From assembly GCF_009914755.1 (NCBI RefSeq), contig NC_060935.1: 64,000 nt of DNA, one strand, 5' to 3'. Below, one piece after another: positions 13,421-26,275 of this stretch. Each line of letters opens with the position of its first letter. Position 1 is the stretch's first letter. The DNA is from the human T2T-CHM13v2.0 reference genome, Homo sapiens. Position numbers and translations under genes: made by a program. The notes beneath the pieces were generated by a model that worked only from the letters and a program-made list of their open reading frames with translations, did no database searches and was not told where the DNA came from.

Positions 13421-14761
13421 ATTTTATGATGGTTTTAAATACATTTTTAAATAATTACTAAAGTTTTTATGACAAAGAAAAATTAAGACAAGAAGGAGAA
13501 AAATAGAGAACTGTATCAAGGTGAAAGAGAAGCATACCTAGAGTATCATCCCTCACTGAGAACATTGCTTTGGTTTTCAAAAGCCAATAAGCAAACCCGA
13601 GCTCAGAATTAACAAAAGGATAGATTTAGGAATTAGACTCTGGGGATCAAAATGTCTTTTTCATTATTAATTTAAAATATAATTAAAGACAGATTAGAGG
13701 ACATTGCTTAAGTCTTCAATAAAATGGGCATGCTAACATTTCTCTGAATAGAAATTACCATCCTAACCTGTCTCTTTACCCTTAACTTCTCTTGCACCAA
13801 AACAAACAAACAAAAAACTTGAATCTGATTGATGAGCTTGGAAGAATATGGGAATATTTAGCAAATCCTTCCCTTCACTTTTGGGATCTGCTGCCTCTAT
13901 ATAGAGAACATTTCGGTCCACTCTTTGACTAGGTGTTAATTTCCAGAGTCAGCTTGCAGGGTTGGGAAATAATTGAGGAGCAGTAATAATAGTTCACTGC
14001 CAACTTGTATCTTAACATGTTGGATTTAGATAATCCAGTTGCTAACTATGGAAAATTGGGGGAGCAGATTCACAATCCTGCTCCCGTCTTCAGAAGACTA
14101 TTTTCCTGGTACTTTGAGTTACTCCAAGCCTATTCATGGATCATTTAGATGCCACCACATCTCTCTAGCCCTGGCAAATGTTCTGAAATGAATTAGTAGT
14201 AATTTGACAAGACTTTTCTTATGACTAAAAACCAGTTTCTATTTTTATTTCAAATTTTCTTGCCAAATAATTCATCTAAATTTCTGCATTGAGATTAATT
14301 GACAATACCCAGATACTGCAATAATAAAACGTTTCAATGCTAACAATTAGATAACCAATTTTAATGTAAACTCTCTTGCATTATAAAGCTCTCAGAGAAG
14401 AATTGAAATCTGAAGATTAGATCCATTTAAGTTATGCCCCAAAGAAGTAAATATCCAAAATTAGATTATCTTACCCTGTGAGTTAAAGACAAGAATTAAA
14501 GTAAAATGTAATTGTTAACAAGTTAGAAAATATTAAATACAAGTGTATAGAAACACTCATTCTTTTTTTTTTTTCAATCCAAGAGGATTGATAAATGGTA
14601 TTAAATTCTCCTGTGCAAAAGAATTTTAGCTGATTAATGTAAAATGAATACCAGAATTAGGGGAGGGGGAAAGAGCACCATTTTACAATTCCCAGTGAAA
14701 TAACTGATTCAGACAATGATCAATAATGGATGAAACCAATTGAGACTTGGCAGATAAGTAT

Positions 14762-15105
14762 ACTAATTATGAAGGGCTGTGCTGCACTGTAGTAATAACC
14801 CCAAAATTTCAGCAGCTTAAAACACTGCTTTCTCACTCATGATGCATGTCCAATGCTAGTTGACAAAAGGACCTTTCCATTCGGAGTCACTGAGGGATCC
14901 ATCTAGAACATTCCTCCCTGATTCTGAAGCAAAAAAGGTTATATGATGATTTGCAGACTGGCTCTTAAAAGCTTCCACCTGTAAATGCCATATTTCTTTG
15001 GCTACATCAATTCACATGGTTATATCTAATTTCAAGAGAGTTTTGGAGGTTCAATTCTGCTTGTGCTCGAAGGGAAAAATGGAATATGTGTGAACAACAC
15101 TAATG
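14762..15105 (-). mobile_element. Old MLT1 (J/K-like) LTR within an L1M fragment (~14600-16270)
   Basis: gtaataaccccaaaatttcagcagcttaaaac...tttctcactcatg. Confidence 0.55.
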
Positions 15106-15289
15106 AAGGACTTTCCAAAGGAGAGATCAGTCATCATTTTATCCCACTGATCACTAATAGAAAAAACTGTCACTGTCTACCCCTGATAGGCTGCAATATA
15201 AGACACACAACACCACGTTTGGATATGCTTGAGAAATCAAACACCAAACAAACAAAACCAAACAAAAATATTTTAAGGTAAACGAGCCC

Positions 15290-15798
15290 TGTAAAGGAAA
15301 TGGCTGCACTGTAGTCTAGAGTAGGCCGAGTACAGTACAACATCCAGTGCAGTATAGCACAGCAGGACTGGAGCGCAGGTGCACAATCTCATGCATTATA
15401 TAATCTCAGTTATGTAACCATGTTATGAGTGGGCTCATCACTGACTCTGAACCACTGTTGCCTGTGAAGTGCATAAATATATCAACACTGTGAGAGGACC
15501 CACATAATGGAGCCAGCCGCCTTGCAGGCGGACAAAGAGACAGCCAGCCGCCTTGCAGGTGGACATCAGGGAGCCAGAAAGCCATGAGTGTGCCAGGGAG
15601 CACAGATGCATGCCTTGGGGCTGCAGAAGTCCTGGAGCCAGCACTGAGAGGGGCTGCGGCCAGAGCAGGCAGCTGAGACAAAGGCTGACAGAGATTAAAG
15701 CCGTATCCCAACTGTCTATGTCTTCTGAGTGTTCTTTCAACTACCTACAACCTGTCTACAGATTCTCCTCAGACTCCAGCTTGGGCTGAAACCTGAAA
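15290..15798 (+). mobile_element. LTR18-family (HERVL18) solo LTR
   Basis: Starts tgtaaaggaaatggctgc..agtaggccgag; attaaa poly(A) signal; 5-bp TSD agccc/agctc; internal direct repeat agccagccgccttgcagg. Confidence 0.75.
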
Positions 15799-16802
15799 AG
15801 CTCCTAGAGCTACCTCTCAGTTAAAAGGGAATTAAAAAAAGAAACCAATTACATAACAAGACTAGGAAACATTAGACAAACCTAGAATCTGAGATATGTT
15901 ACAAGATGACAAACAATTTCTTCGATGAGTCAATAGCATTCAAAAAATGATTAGCAGTGAGGTTTCAGATTGAAAGAGCTAGGAGAAACATAAAAAGCAA
16001 CTGTAACGTGTGATCCTTGTTTAGATCCTATTTTAAACAAGCCACCTGTAAAGAAAAAAAAAAATTTTCATGGAGAAGTGAATTTAGAAAGGATATTGGA
16101 TGATACCCAGGAAGTATTAATTTTGTGAGTTCCAATAAGATGGCAGTTACATAAGAACATATTCATATTTTTAGAGATGCATCTCACAGTTTGTATGAGT
16201 GAAACGGAGTGATGCCTCAGATTTACTAAAATGCATCAGAAAGAAAAAGAGTAAAACAAATGTGGTAAAATCTTGGGAATTTTACCAAAGTCCAATCAGG
16301 AAGAAGAAAACTAGGTATTTAAACAGAAGAATGTCATACAAAAATAAAAATAAGAAAAGATTACATAACGGTGGTAAAAGAATAGAGAAGCACAACAAGG
16401 GATGAACTTTGCAATAGCAAAAACTTGCTACCACGTTTTGACTTGGAATGCAACAGTAGAAAGTACCAATGGAGCTGAACAACCACAGATGGGCTGCCCA
16501 GAATTACCAGGGACCTGAAGAAGGACTGTCTGATAAAAGCAGGATCTTCCGAAATGCAGCGGCTGCCTGAGACCTGGGGAAGCAAGCAATGGTATAATCT
16601 GGTTCTCCCCTCTCCCTCCAGTATTCCATAAGGACTTTCTTGAACTGAGACCTCTAGAAGCCAGAAAGCAAGAAAGGAAGCCTGGGAAATGTAGTTCCAG
16701 TGTTATTGGGGGTGGAGGGGACTCATATTGTGTACATTTGCAGAAAGATTTTAAATTACAAAGATACTCAGACACTTTATGTGTGCAACCTCAGCCAGAG
16801 AT

Positions 16803-17264
16803 TGTTACCCACATGACAGGTGGGTTCAATTACTTGGCAAATGACAGTCCGATGACCACAACCCACAACCAAGGAAGATTTTAAAAGGGGATTTTATTAC
16901 TTGCAACAAGTAAGGAGGATACCCAGTATAGTTACCCAAAACAGTGTCTCCTCAAAGATGAAAACAGGGCTTTGATTGAGCTGGTTAGCTGAGTCATTGT
17001 ATGTAGAGGTGGAGTAAAGGCAGCACAGGCACATGCCCATCATGCTTCTACATACATGGTATCAATAGCAAATGGCCAAGAAGCTCCTCCCAGGGTGGGG
17101 TTTTTAGTATGGTAATGAAGAGAGTTCACCAAAGTTCACCCCCAACTCAGGTATCTCTGGACCCAACTGATGTTTGTCTTTCAGGGCCTGAGCTTCTTCC
17201 TAGAACTTTTAAGTGGGTACTTTTTCACAGTGTGTACCAGAAAATCCAGGGACCCTGAGTTACA
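16803..17264 (-). mobile_element. ERVL solo LTR (MER54/MER73-like)
   Basis: TG...CA ends; gattttattacttgcaacaagtaaggagga motif. Confidence 0.55.
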
Positions 17265-18982
17265 GCATTCTCAATGCTCGCCTCTTCCATGCCTCAATTT
17301 TAAAAGGATCCAAAATGTTAATAATTCATATGGGATTATCACATACTGTTTCACCCTACCAAACTGAGGAAACGTGGATTTCAGCCCTCACCTCTCAGTT
17401 ATTCCATGCAAAATTAGGTTCTCAGAACACCAGAGACTGAAGCAGAAGCTTAGTGGTACCTGAGGGGAAAACATGGGCAAAGATGTTCTCTTTTTTCAGC
17501 CTTGACAATATGAAATCTTGATTCTGTGACTTGGGAACCTGATGAGAAATTTTACCAATTGTAAAGGTGAGTCTTGGCATTGTGCATTTACTGCACCTAG
17601 AAGGGAGACTTACCTGGGCAACTTGTCTCTCTCTCAGAGAATGACATTGAGACCATCTTCACTTCTTGATATATTTAGAAACTTGCCTTGAGTCAGACCC
17701 AGTTATCTCACATGAAGTAATTTTTTGCTTCCATTATACATATTCAAAACTCTGGCCTTGTCCCTGGGATTCCAGAAATTAAAGGAATCAAATGGGAACT
17801 AGAAGCTGAGTGGGGGATCTATCTGGCAGCAGAAGCTCTTGGGTGTCCCGTCCATAGGCATTTTTCCCTCCTGTGCCAGAGGGCCTGGTGAGGCACTGAG
17901 GAGGACTGGGAAACCCTCTCACTAGGGAAAATCTGATCCTAGTTGTCACACATGTCTCAACTGGAAAACGATGCTTTTTCTGCAAATTCCTACAACTGAT
18001 ACTGCCTCTAGGGCCTGGTGAGGATCCATACTGCTAGCTGGTGCTGCTTTGTCTTTTTCCTCAGATACTGAATGTTCCAGGCCTTGGCACCATTTCTTTC
18101 TGCTCTGATCATGGAGGCTGGCTCAGCTGAACTTGCAGCAGTTGGACTTTTACCTCTCTGTACATCGATGGCTAGCACCATTTCCTGTTGATGAGTGTCT
18201 TCTTTGCTTTTATTTTTGCTTAGCCAAACTTCCATCTTTCCAAAATACCTCCTTTAGATTTTGCTTTTCAGGGTGAAAGAAGAAATAAAGAAGTTCAGAT
18301 GCTGCCTGATTTAACTCTGATTTGAAAAATAAATGCACCCAACAAACCAACATGTAATCCTAGTCTGGACTTAAGCTGTTATTAAACACCACTTCTTACC
18401 CAATTCATCTTGACTCTTCCTTTCTATAAAGTTATAATACTATAAATTTCTCAAGAATGATCCCTCAGAAGACTAGGAATAGCTGCATCCCCACCTATAA
18501 TTAATGCACCACTTTTACACCTACCAGAAATTTTTTTGAGTATTTTTCTCTAATCTTCCTGATTATCTCTTCAAAATCTCTACATGTGTAATTTATTTTG
18601 TACAGCTATCTGACATTTACAGGGGTAGTTGTTCAATTTCTCTTCCTAAAGACTTTCTACTCACAGCTTTGAGTGGCAATCCCTTGATAGATTTCTGGAT
18701 TCTGACCATGTATGGAACAGTCTTTCCAGTCTGCTCATTAGGATTACGCCCCCTTTCTCTGATTTTACAGCTACACTCCATCTGATCTAGTTAAAAATTC
18801 AAATATTTATCTAGTTTATAATACCATTTTAAAGAGCAGGTAGGCAGAGTAAATCTTTTTCCTTTTTTAATTTATTTCGTCTTCAAGTTTTTATTTCCTT
18901 GTCATATCTGTCAAGTCTGTCCTCTAAGGTCTAACCTTTATTCTAAGGAAATACTGCATTTCTCCAATTTATCCAAGCTATC

Positions 18983-20325
18983 TTTCTTAGGTTCCCTCAG
19001 AAGCAGACCTTGAGGCAAGGCAAGTGCAGTTTATTTGGCAGGTGTTGCCCCAGGAAGCACCAGTAGGGGAGTGGGGAATGAGACAGGGAAGAGGAGGGAG
19101 CCACTACCTGGTTCAATTATGAGCAGATAGGCTCTGTGGGCATCTGGGGCTCAATCTAATGGGTGCTTTGGGTGGATGTCCCACTGAAGAATGAGGAAGG
19201 TGAGAATTTATCCTCCAACTCCTGTCCATCATCGGTTGAGAGTTACCCCACAGTCGTTATAAATACTGTTGTTCCAGTCTCTTCCAAGCTCTAGAGATAT
19301 TGCATAAGTAAGCCAGTGCATTACTGTCTACTGTGTTCATTCCCAATTTTTCCACAAGTGGGAGCTTTAGCAATATTGATGTTACAGTATTCCAGGTGTT
19401 CCCCCACCTCACATTTACTGCCAGCAATGAGGTACTTATTGCTATTTGGACAGTGACTGTTTCAATTCCACAATCCCATCCTGAGGCTCTGCTTTGGAAT
19501 ATACCTTAGAACTATTGTCTTCCATTGAGCTACTCCTGAAATAAAACTGGATATAAGGATTTGAGTGAAAACTTTTTATTTTGGAAGTGATCCCAGGAAG
19601 CACTAATAAGGGAGTGGAGAAGTGAGACTAGCAAAGAAATGACACCAATAGTGTGTGTTAACAAGGAAGTTACTGATGTGGGCTCCATCCCACTGAGGAA
19701 ATCATTAGGTCTATGTATGTCTCACAGTTATTTTAGGGGGAAGGAAGCTGGTGGTTTAGCCACCAGCTCTTGTCTGTCCTTGCCTGAAGACTGCCCCCGG
19801 GTGTTATTTCCTGGGTAATTCCACCTTTTTCTGGGCAAAGGCTAAGCATGTGTCTTGGTCCACTTGGGCTGCTATAACAAAATACCATAAACTGGGTGAC
19901 TTACAGTCAATAGAAATTTATTTCTCACAGTTCTGGAGGCTAAGAAGCCCAAGATCAAGTCACCAGTAGATTCAGTGTCTGGTGAGGGAGAGCCCACTTC
20001 CTGGTCCATAGACGGTGGTCTTCCCAGCCTCACATGGCAGAAGCAGCAAGAGAGCTCCCTGAGGTCTCTTTTATAAGGAGGTGATTATTGTAAGGACACT
20101 CATTCTATTCATGAGGGCTCTACTGTCATGACCTAATCACGAACCAGACTCCACCTCTAGATACCATGGATTTGAGGAACATAAACCTTCAGTCTATAGC
20201 AGGACGTGACCAGAAAAGAAGACCTCAGAGATAGCATGGCAGGGGTCTGCAGTAGGAGGCTGCAGAAATATAGAGGAATAGCGAGTATTTAGAAGACAAG
20301 AGTGGGCACCAACATCTGCCATATA
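18983..20325 (-). mobile_element. Deleted ERVL provirus: partial LTR, short 5' internal segment (ERV3-16A3/HERV16-like), second LTR
   Basis: Two LTR16/33-like segments (18983-19250 and 19516-20325) flank an internal piece ending cccatcctgaggctctgct. Confidence 0.55.
19851..20201 (-). mobile_element. MLT1A-like MaLR solo LTR inserted in the ERVL LTR
   Basis: gggctgctataacaaaataccataaactgggtg...tttatttctcacagttctggaggct...ttcagtctatagca. Confidence 0.8.
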
Positions 20326-20469
20326 GTCTTCCTTCATTTTGTTTCCATGATTCTGCTCTTACTGTTTTGATAATCAAACTAAAATAGGTTTTTCAAATCA
20401 ATCTTACTCCTCTTTAGTCCCTAAACAAAGTTGATTCCTGGAGATGGACAATTCCAGGCATAGGCCTTT

Positions 20470-20777
20470 CTTTTTTTTTTTTTTTTTTTTTTTGAGACAG
20501 AGTCTCACTCTGTTACCCAGGCTAGAGTGCAGTGGCGCGATCTCAGCTCGCTGCAAGCTCTGCCTCCCGGGTACATGCCATTCTCCTGACTCAGCCTCCT
20601 GAGTAGCTGGGACTACAGGCACCTGCCACCACACCCAGCTCATTTTTCTCGTATTTTGTTGTAGAGATGGGGTTTCACAGTGTTAGCCAGGATGGTCTCG
20701 ATCTCCTGACCTCGAGATCTGCCCGCCTCGGCCTCCCAAAGTGCTGGGATTACAGGCGTGAGCCATCGTGCCCGGCC
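20470..20777 (-). mobile_element. AluY SINE with 15-bp TSD
   Basis: AluY diagnostics (gcaagctctgcc, gccattctcc, gtgttagccaggatggtctcgatc); TSD caggcataggccttt at 20455-20469 and 20778-20792. Confidence 0.95.
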
Positions 20778-21649
20778 CAGGCATAGGCCTTTTTAAATTG
20801 TCAACTTAGACTTTGAGTTTGCAACTGTTTTATTTCTCAACCAAAAATCTGACACATTTTCCTTAGAATAATTATCCCCATTCTTTTTGTTTATTAATGA
20901 AATGCACCACTTTCCTCTCGGCAAAGCTACAGTTTGGACTTCTGAAACCTAAAACAGTGATTAGAGATAATGAAATTAACTAGAGTCAGATTCAACTGGA
21001 GACTAAATAGTGTGGAGTGACTCTTGAACTTAGTAGCAAGCTTCTCCAGATCCATCCAATGGCCCGAGGTGCAGGTAGTAAAATTTGAACAACTAGGTTA
21101 GCACTGACTACCTAGGCCTAGGACTAGCAATTTTAGCAAGAGTGCTGTAAGATCCTTTTACATATTGCATGTATCTATTCCAAGTTATATTTCTTGACAT
21201 GGAACTTTTGTGTCAAAGGAATATACTTTTTAAAAATTGTCTAAATACATTTAAGAAAAGTTAATCCATTTTAAACTCCAACCAAGAGTATGTAAAAATT
21301 TCTATGAACCCTCTCAAATACTAAGTATTTTGATTTCCTCTTTACCTTTGACAAGATAGAGCATGACATACTATCTCATCTAAACTTTGTTCTAGGGATT
21401 TTGAGTAGTTTTGTAACCCTATTGCTAATTTGTGTTGAGTGTATGTGAATTTGTGTGAGGTCTCTATATATTAGGCTCTATTATAAATATTTTCTAATAC
21501 TTTCCATTTACCTTTCAAATTTCTTTATCTTACGGCATACCAAATGTGTATAGTCATATATACATTTAGTGTATATGAGTATACCAGTACAATAATACTC
21601 AAATCTATTCATTTTAAAATAAATTTTCAAATTATTACATGTTTAAAAC

Positions 21650-22275
21650 TTTCTTTTTTTAATTCAGGGGTACATTTGCAGGATGTGTAGGTTTGTTACA
21701 TAGAATGTGTGTCATAGAGGTTTGTTTACCGATTATTTCATCACCCAGGTATTAAGCCTAGTATTCATTATTTTCCCTGACCTTTTCCCTCTTCCCACTC
21801 TCCACCCTTCAATGGCCCCAGTGTCTATTGTTCCCCTCTGTGTGTCCATGTAGCCTCATCATTTAGCTCCCATTTATAAGTGAGATCATGTGGTATTTAG
21901 TTTTCTGTTCCTGTGTTACTTTGCTAAGGATAATGGCCTCCAGCTCCATCCGTGTCCCTGCAAAGGACATGATCTCATTCTTTATTGTGGCTGCACAGTA
22001 GTCCATGCTGTATATGTACCACATTTTCTTTATCCAGTCTATCATTGATGGGCATTTGGATTGATCCCATGTCTTTCCTATTGTAAATAAAGCTGCAATG
22101 AACATACGCATGTGTGTATCTTTATAATAGAATGATTAATAGTCCTTTGGGTATATACCCAGTAATGGGATTGCTGGATTGAATGGTATTTCTGACTTTA
22201 AATCTTTCAGGAATTGACACACTGTCTTCCACAATGGTTGAACTAATTTGCACCCCCACCAACAGTGTATGTGTT
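21650..22275 (-). mobile_element. L1PA (older primate) 3' end, 5'-truncated
   Basis: ORF2 C-terminal remnant MFIAALFTIGKTWDQSKCPSMIDWIKKMW plus 3' UTR. Confidence 0.9.
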
Positions 22276-23096
22276 CTTTGAAACTTTTTTGTTATGATTT
22301 CCATTGCTCTAAGTTCAAAAGTCATTCTCCATCTCTATAACAGAAATATATACTTAGATTTTCTTCTAAATGTTAATGGTATTTTTTTACATTTAAAATT
22401 TCAATATGTATGGAATTTAATGTTATTTTTTCTAATTATTATTCGTTTGTCCCTAAACATTGGGTGACTCCCTCTTTTACCCAGTTCCTTGCAATGCATT
22501 TTTTAATAAAGTCAAACATATGCACATAAGAATACCTTCATGTTACTTTACTGTCCCATTTGTCTTTAAATCCTTATGCTAATATCACATTGTTTTGTTA
22601 AATATCTAATGTATCAAATACTCCCACATTTTAAATCCATTTACAAAATTTCATTAACTACACGTATTTGCTTTCTCTTCAAATGGACTTCAAAATTTTA
22701 TTAGCTATTTTTACTTGTTTATTCTTCAGGAGTACTTTAAAATCACTACCACATTTCAAAATTACTCTCAAGCCTAATGGGATTTTTATAGGCATTATAA
22801 ATTAATTTAGAAATTGATTTTTAAATAATGCTTAGCCTTTCAAGAATGTGGTATGCCGCATAATTTAGTCACTTCTACTTTTCATGTCCCATGGCAGTTT
22901 ATTTTTTTTCAAATAGGTTTTGCTTACATATTATTAAGGGACATAATATAGACAGCTGATGTACAAAAGCAAATAGGTGTATATAAATCAAAGCACCCAT
23001 TATACAATATACGCATACCTACACAATAATAAAGATTTGCTTTGGCACCTGAGACATCTTTCTGTCCTACTTGTAGTCATTGCTAGAATACTTATT

Positions 23097-23545
23097 TGTA
23101 ACCAGTTTCAATAGTCAGGGTCCTGGCAGAAAAATAGATGACACACTCAAAGGGATTATTGCTAAGAATTCATGAAAAGTCTATTGAAAGAGGCAAGAAC
23201 ATGATTAGGGATCCAACAAGGGGTGAAGAAACACGCGGGACTGACAGCAACAGGAAGCCATCACCTTGACTAGCCTGAAGGGTAAGGAAAAGGTGTTGTG
23301 CAGTTTCCACAACCCAGTGAGAGCTGTAGCTATGGAAGGAGATGGCCTGAGCTGACACCTGGCCTGAAAGGAAATAAACAGCAAATAAATACTATGATTT
23401 CTGTTTCAACACTTTGCTCTCCAGCTAATGCCCTCATTTCCCAAATCCAAACAAAAGGAAAAGAGCAGAGGAAGCCAAGTGATATATTCCGAAAAAGTCA
23501 ACCTCCCTACCAGGTAGAAAAGTGCAGGAAAGGACAAAGAAGAGC
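23097..23545 (-). mobile_element. ERVL solo LTR (LTR40/41-like)
   Basis: gtcagggtcctggcagaaaa..agatgacacactcaaa motif. Confidence 0.5.
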
Positions 23546-25244
23546 TCTCAAGAGCCTAATAGATGAGAAGATAGACAAAGCATGGCTTTTTAATAGAAGA
23601 GAAACCCATGCATCTGTAGAAAGACAAAAAGACTTGCACGGGTTGACAAACACAAATATTGAAAATATTGAGTGAATAAGAACAGGTTTTGAAGAATGCA
23701 AGTTCTATATGATTCAATTCATGTCTATTTTGGAAACACAGGAAGCAATAATATATATTTTGTGCACATAAACCTATGTATTAAAAGTAATATCAAAAAT
23801 TGAAAAACATAGAAAATAAGAATAGATGCTAAATTTAGTTAGTGGTTACCTCTAGGAATGGAGAGAGTAAATGCTATGGAGATGAGAGGCTTCCACTGCA
23901 CTCCAGCCTGGGTAACAGACCAAAACCCGGTCCCTAAAATTAATAATAACAATAATATTCACAAATCCTAAAAATTACAATTGAATTTTCATGAGAATCT
24001 GGAAAATAAAATGTTTTAATTGTTTTCTATTAACTTTTTTCAATAAACATGCTAAACACTTTTTAAATGATTTCATACCTTTCTAAAATCTAGGTGTAAG
24101 TACATAAATTTCTGTTATACTTCACTTTTCTGTATATACTTTTCTGTATTTTGAAATATTTCATAATTAACTATAAAATAAAAAGCCGATGTGAAAAAGA
24201 ATGACAAAAAGAGGGAAAGCGTAGTCTGGCCTATTAGAGAAGGCAGCTGCCATGTTTCTTACAGGAACAAATCAAGGACTCAGGACACACAATTGGAGGG
24301 GTAAAAAGTGTCTTCATGCATTCCTCCAGCAGCCTCTGCTCCAGAAGCCATGCCTGTGTGTGTCCTCCTCAGTCCAGCATCACCTCCCTCAGAATCAGTG
24401 GGACTTGCAACCAGATTCTGGCATTAGGTTTTCCCTAAGTCTTTTTTTTAAGAGAGTGAATTTTGAAGTGTATTAAATAATTAGTCCTCATATATAAAAA
24501 AGTTTCCTATTAATGAATAATACATGTCACTTCAAGGTTTTAGACAATATAGAAACTTACAGAAAAGTGTTTTTAGACCACTTTACATAGCTGGAGAAAG
24601 AAAATAAAAGGATTAAACTCAATTATGAGTTCAAATGCATTTATGATCAAAATTATGTAAAACAAAAAAATCAAAACATATTTTGCAGCAGAACCTGTAA
24701 AATCTTTTTTGTGTTCATCTTTTTGAACCATGAAATAGAATGAATTTGTCTTGTTTTAATAAGATTTTCAAGAAACAGAAATAATTTAATCATCAAGTAT
24801 GAGCTTGATAATGAACATATTTTATTATCAGTATCAATTGGTGAATTAACTGTTATCCAAAAAGGTTGACACGTTCTAACTAGTATGAACAGGATATTGA
24901 ATTCATTAATGAATATATAACTATTTTGAACACACAAATAATCCCTAGTTGTATACCCACTGCATTTCAAAATTGTTTAAACTGTGGGGCGTCCAATGTA
25001 TTTAATGTGGCAGAAAAAAATATTAAATGTTTCATTATTTTATTCTGTTCAGTCCTTTTCCCATTAAACAAGAAAACACTGACATAACCATTTTTGGTTT
25101 CGCTTCCACAAGGTCAACACGCAATGCATATATCTGGGCACTGATCTCACAACCAACTGAAGTGGCATATCTTGAAGCTGGAAATAAAAGTATTTTTATT
25201 TGTACTTTTAAAAGTGCACTTTCAACCTTTCCAAGATCTGATAA

Positions 25245-25474
25245 CATATTCAATGTGTACCTTCTCATCAGCTGCCATAACCAATGCCAGAATAAATGTT
25301 GAATTCTCTTCATTTAGGTCCTGCCAAGCAATGCCAACGAAGGAGAATTTGGTTTTGTTCATATTCAGTGTGTACCCTCTCATCAGCTGCCATAACCAAT
25401 GCCAGAATAAATGTTGAATTCCCTTCATTTAGGTCCTGCCCAGCAATGCCAACGAAGAAGAATTTGGCCTTATT
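25245..25474. repeat. 115-bp tandem duplication inside the PLS1 pseudogene
   Basis: Copies 25245-25359 and 25360-25474 differ at about 8 positions. Confidence 0.95.
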
Positions 25475-26275
25475 CTTCCCAAGTTCCACTGTATAGTTAG
25501 TTATCAATGTTTATGTTCCCTCCAAGGGCAGGATAAGGAGGTTTGTTGACATGGCTCCAGTTGACTGACACTCAGATTGTATCATAGAGCTGAAAGATTG
25601 CTAAAGCATCTGCAAGGTAACTACAAATGATTAATATATGGGTTGATTCCTAAGGAATGCACCAGTTCTGAAATGTCCTCTCTTCTTTGCTCTCTCCCTC
25701 CAATAAGTTTATATTGATGTCATTATTATCTAACTTGTGTAGGCATGGATAGATATTAAACAGATTAACTATGAAAGCTAAATTAAGTTTAGGATGGCCT
25801 GAAACCACATCTGCAGGAGTAACAAACTGCAGCCAAGTTTATCTACTTCTTGAAGCATAAGTCCAGCACACTTCAAATCATTTTTCTTATGAAATCCTGA
25901 AGATGGACTGAAAAGTCCATATTCCCAGTCACCTTTAGGGTCAATTTGTGTAAGCAGATGAAAATAGGCTCTTGAATCCTTACTGCCTTGGCTGAAGTTG
26001 TTGATGGTACACCATCCTGCATCAGCCAGATGATGATTCACCCATTACAGCAGTAATTCCTCAGGAGAAAGCTACATCAGCATCTCTAGTTCCTCACCTT
26101 CATTTAGCAATGCAATCAGAGCTTCATTCCTAGAAATCTCAATATCATCAAAAAGACCAACTTAGATGATCTGCCAGAGAAGTCCTAAGACCAAGTGAGG
26201 TTTTCCTTCTTTGAGATTCTGTGCACTGATGTTGACCACTGTACAACTAATGGTCGAGACAGACTTTGGGTCTAA

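Noticed and set aside
16681-16697. ZNF143/THAP11-like motif (reverse complement gaactacatttcccagg)
   Set aside because: Lies in probable old LTR-derived sequence with no CpG-island promoter context.
17788-18235. Two minus-strand ORFs and a repeated agggcctggtgagg
   Set aside because: No protein recognised; may be an ancient LTR-element internal remnant, but I cannot support a call.
25205-25235. ~11-codon gap in the PLS1 copy (NDEIIIKWVNQ missing) as a second splice event
   Set aside because: Ends do not match exon boundaries as I recall them; more likely a genomic deletion.
25245-25474. Repeat units as a CRISPR-like array
   Set aside because: Two adjacent copies with no spacers, inside a eukaryotic pseudogene.
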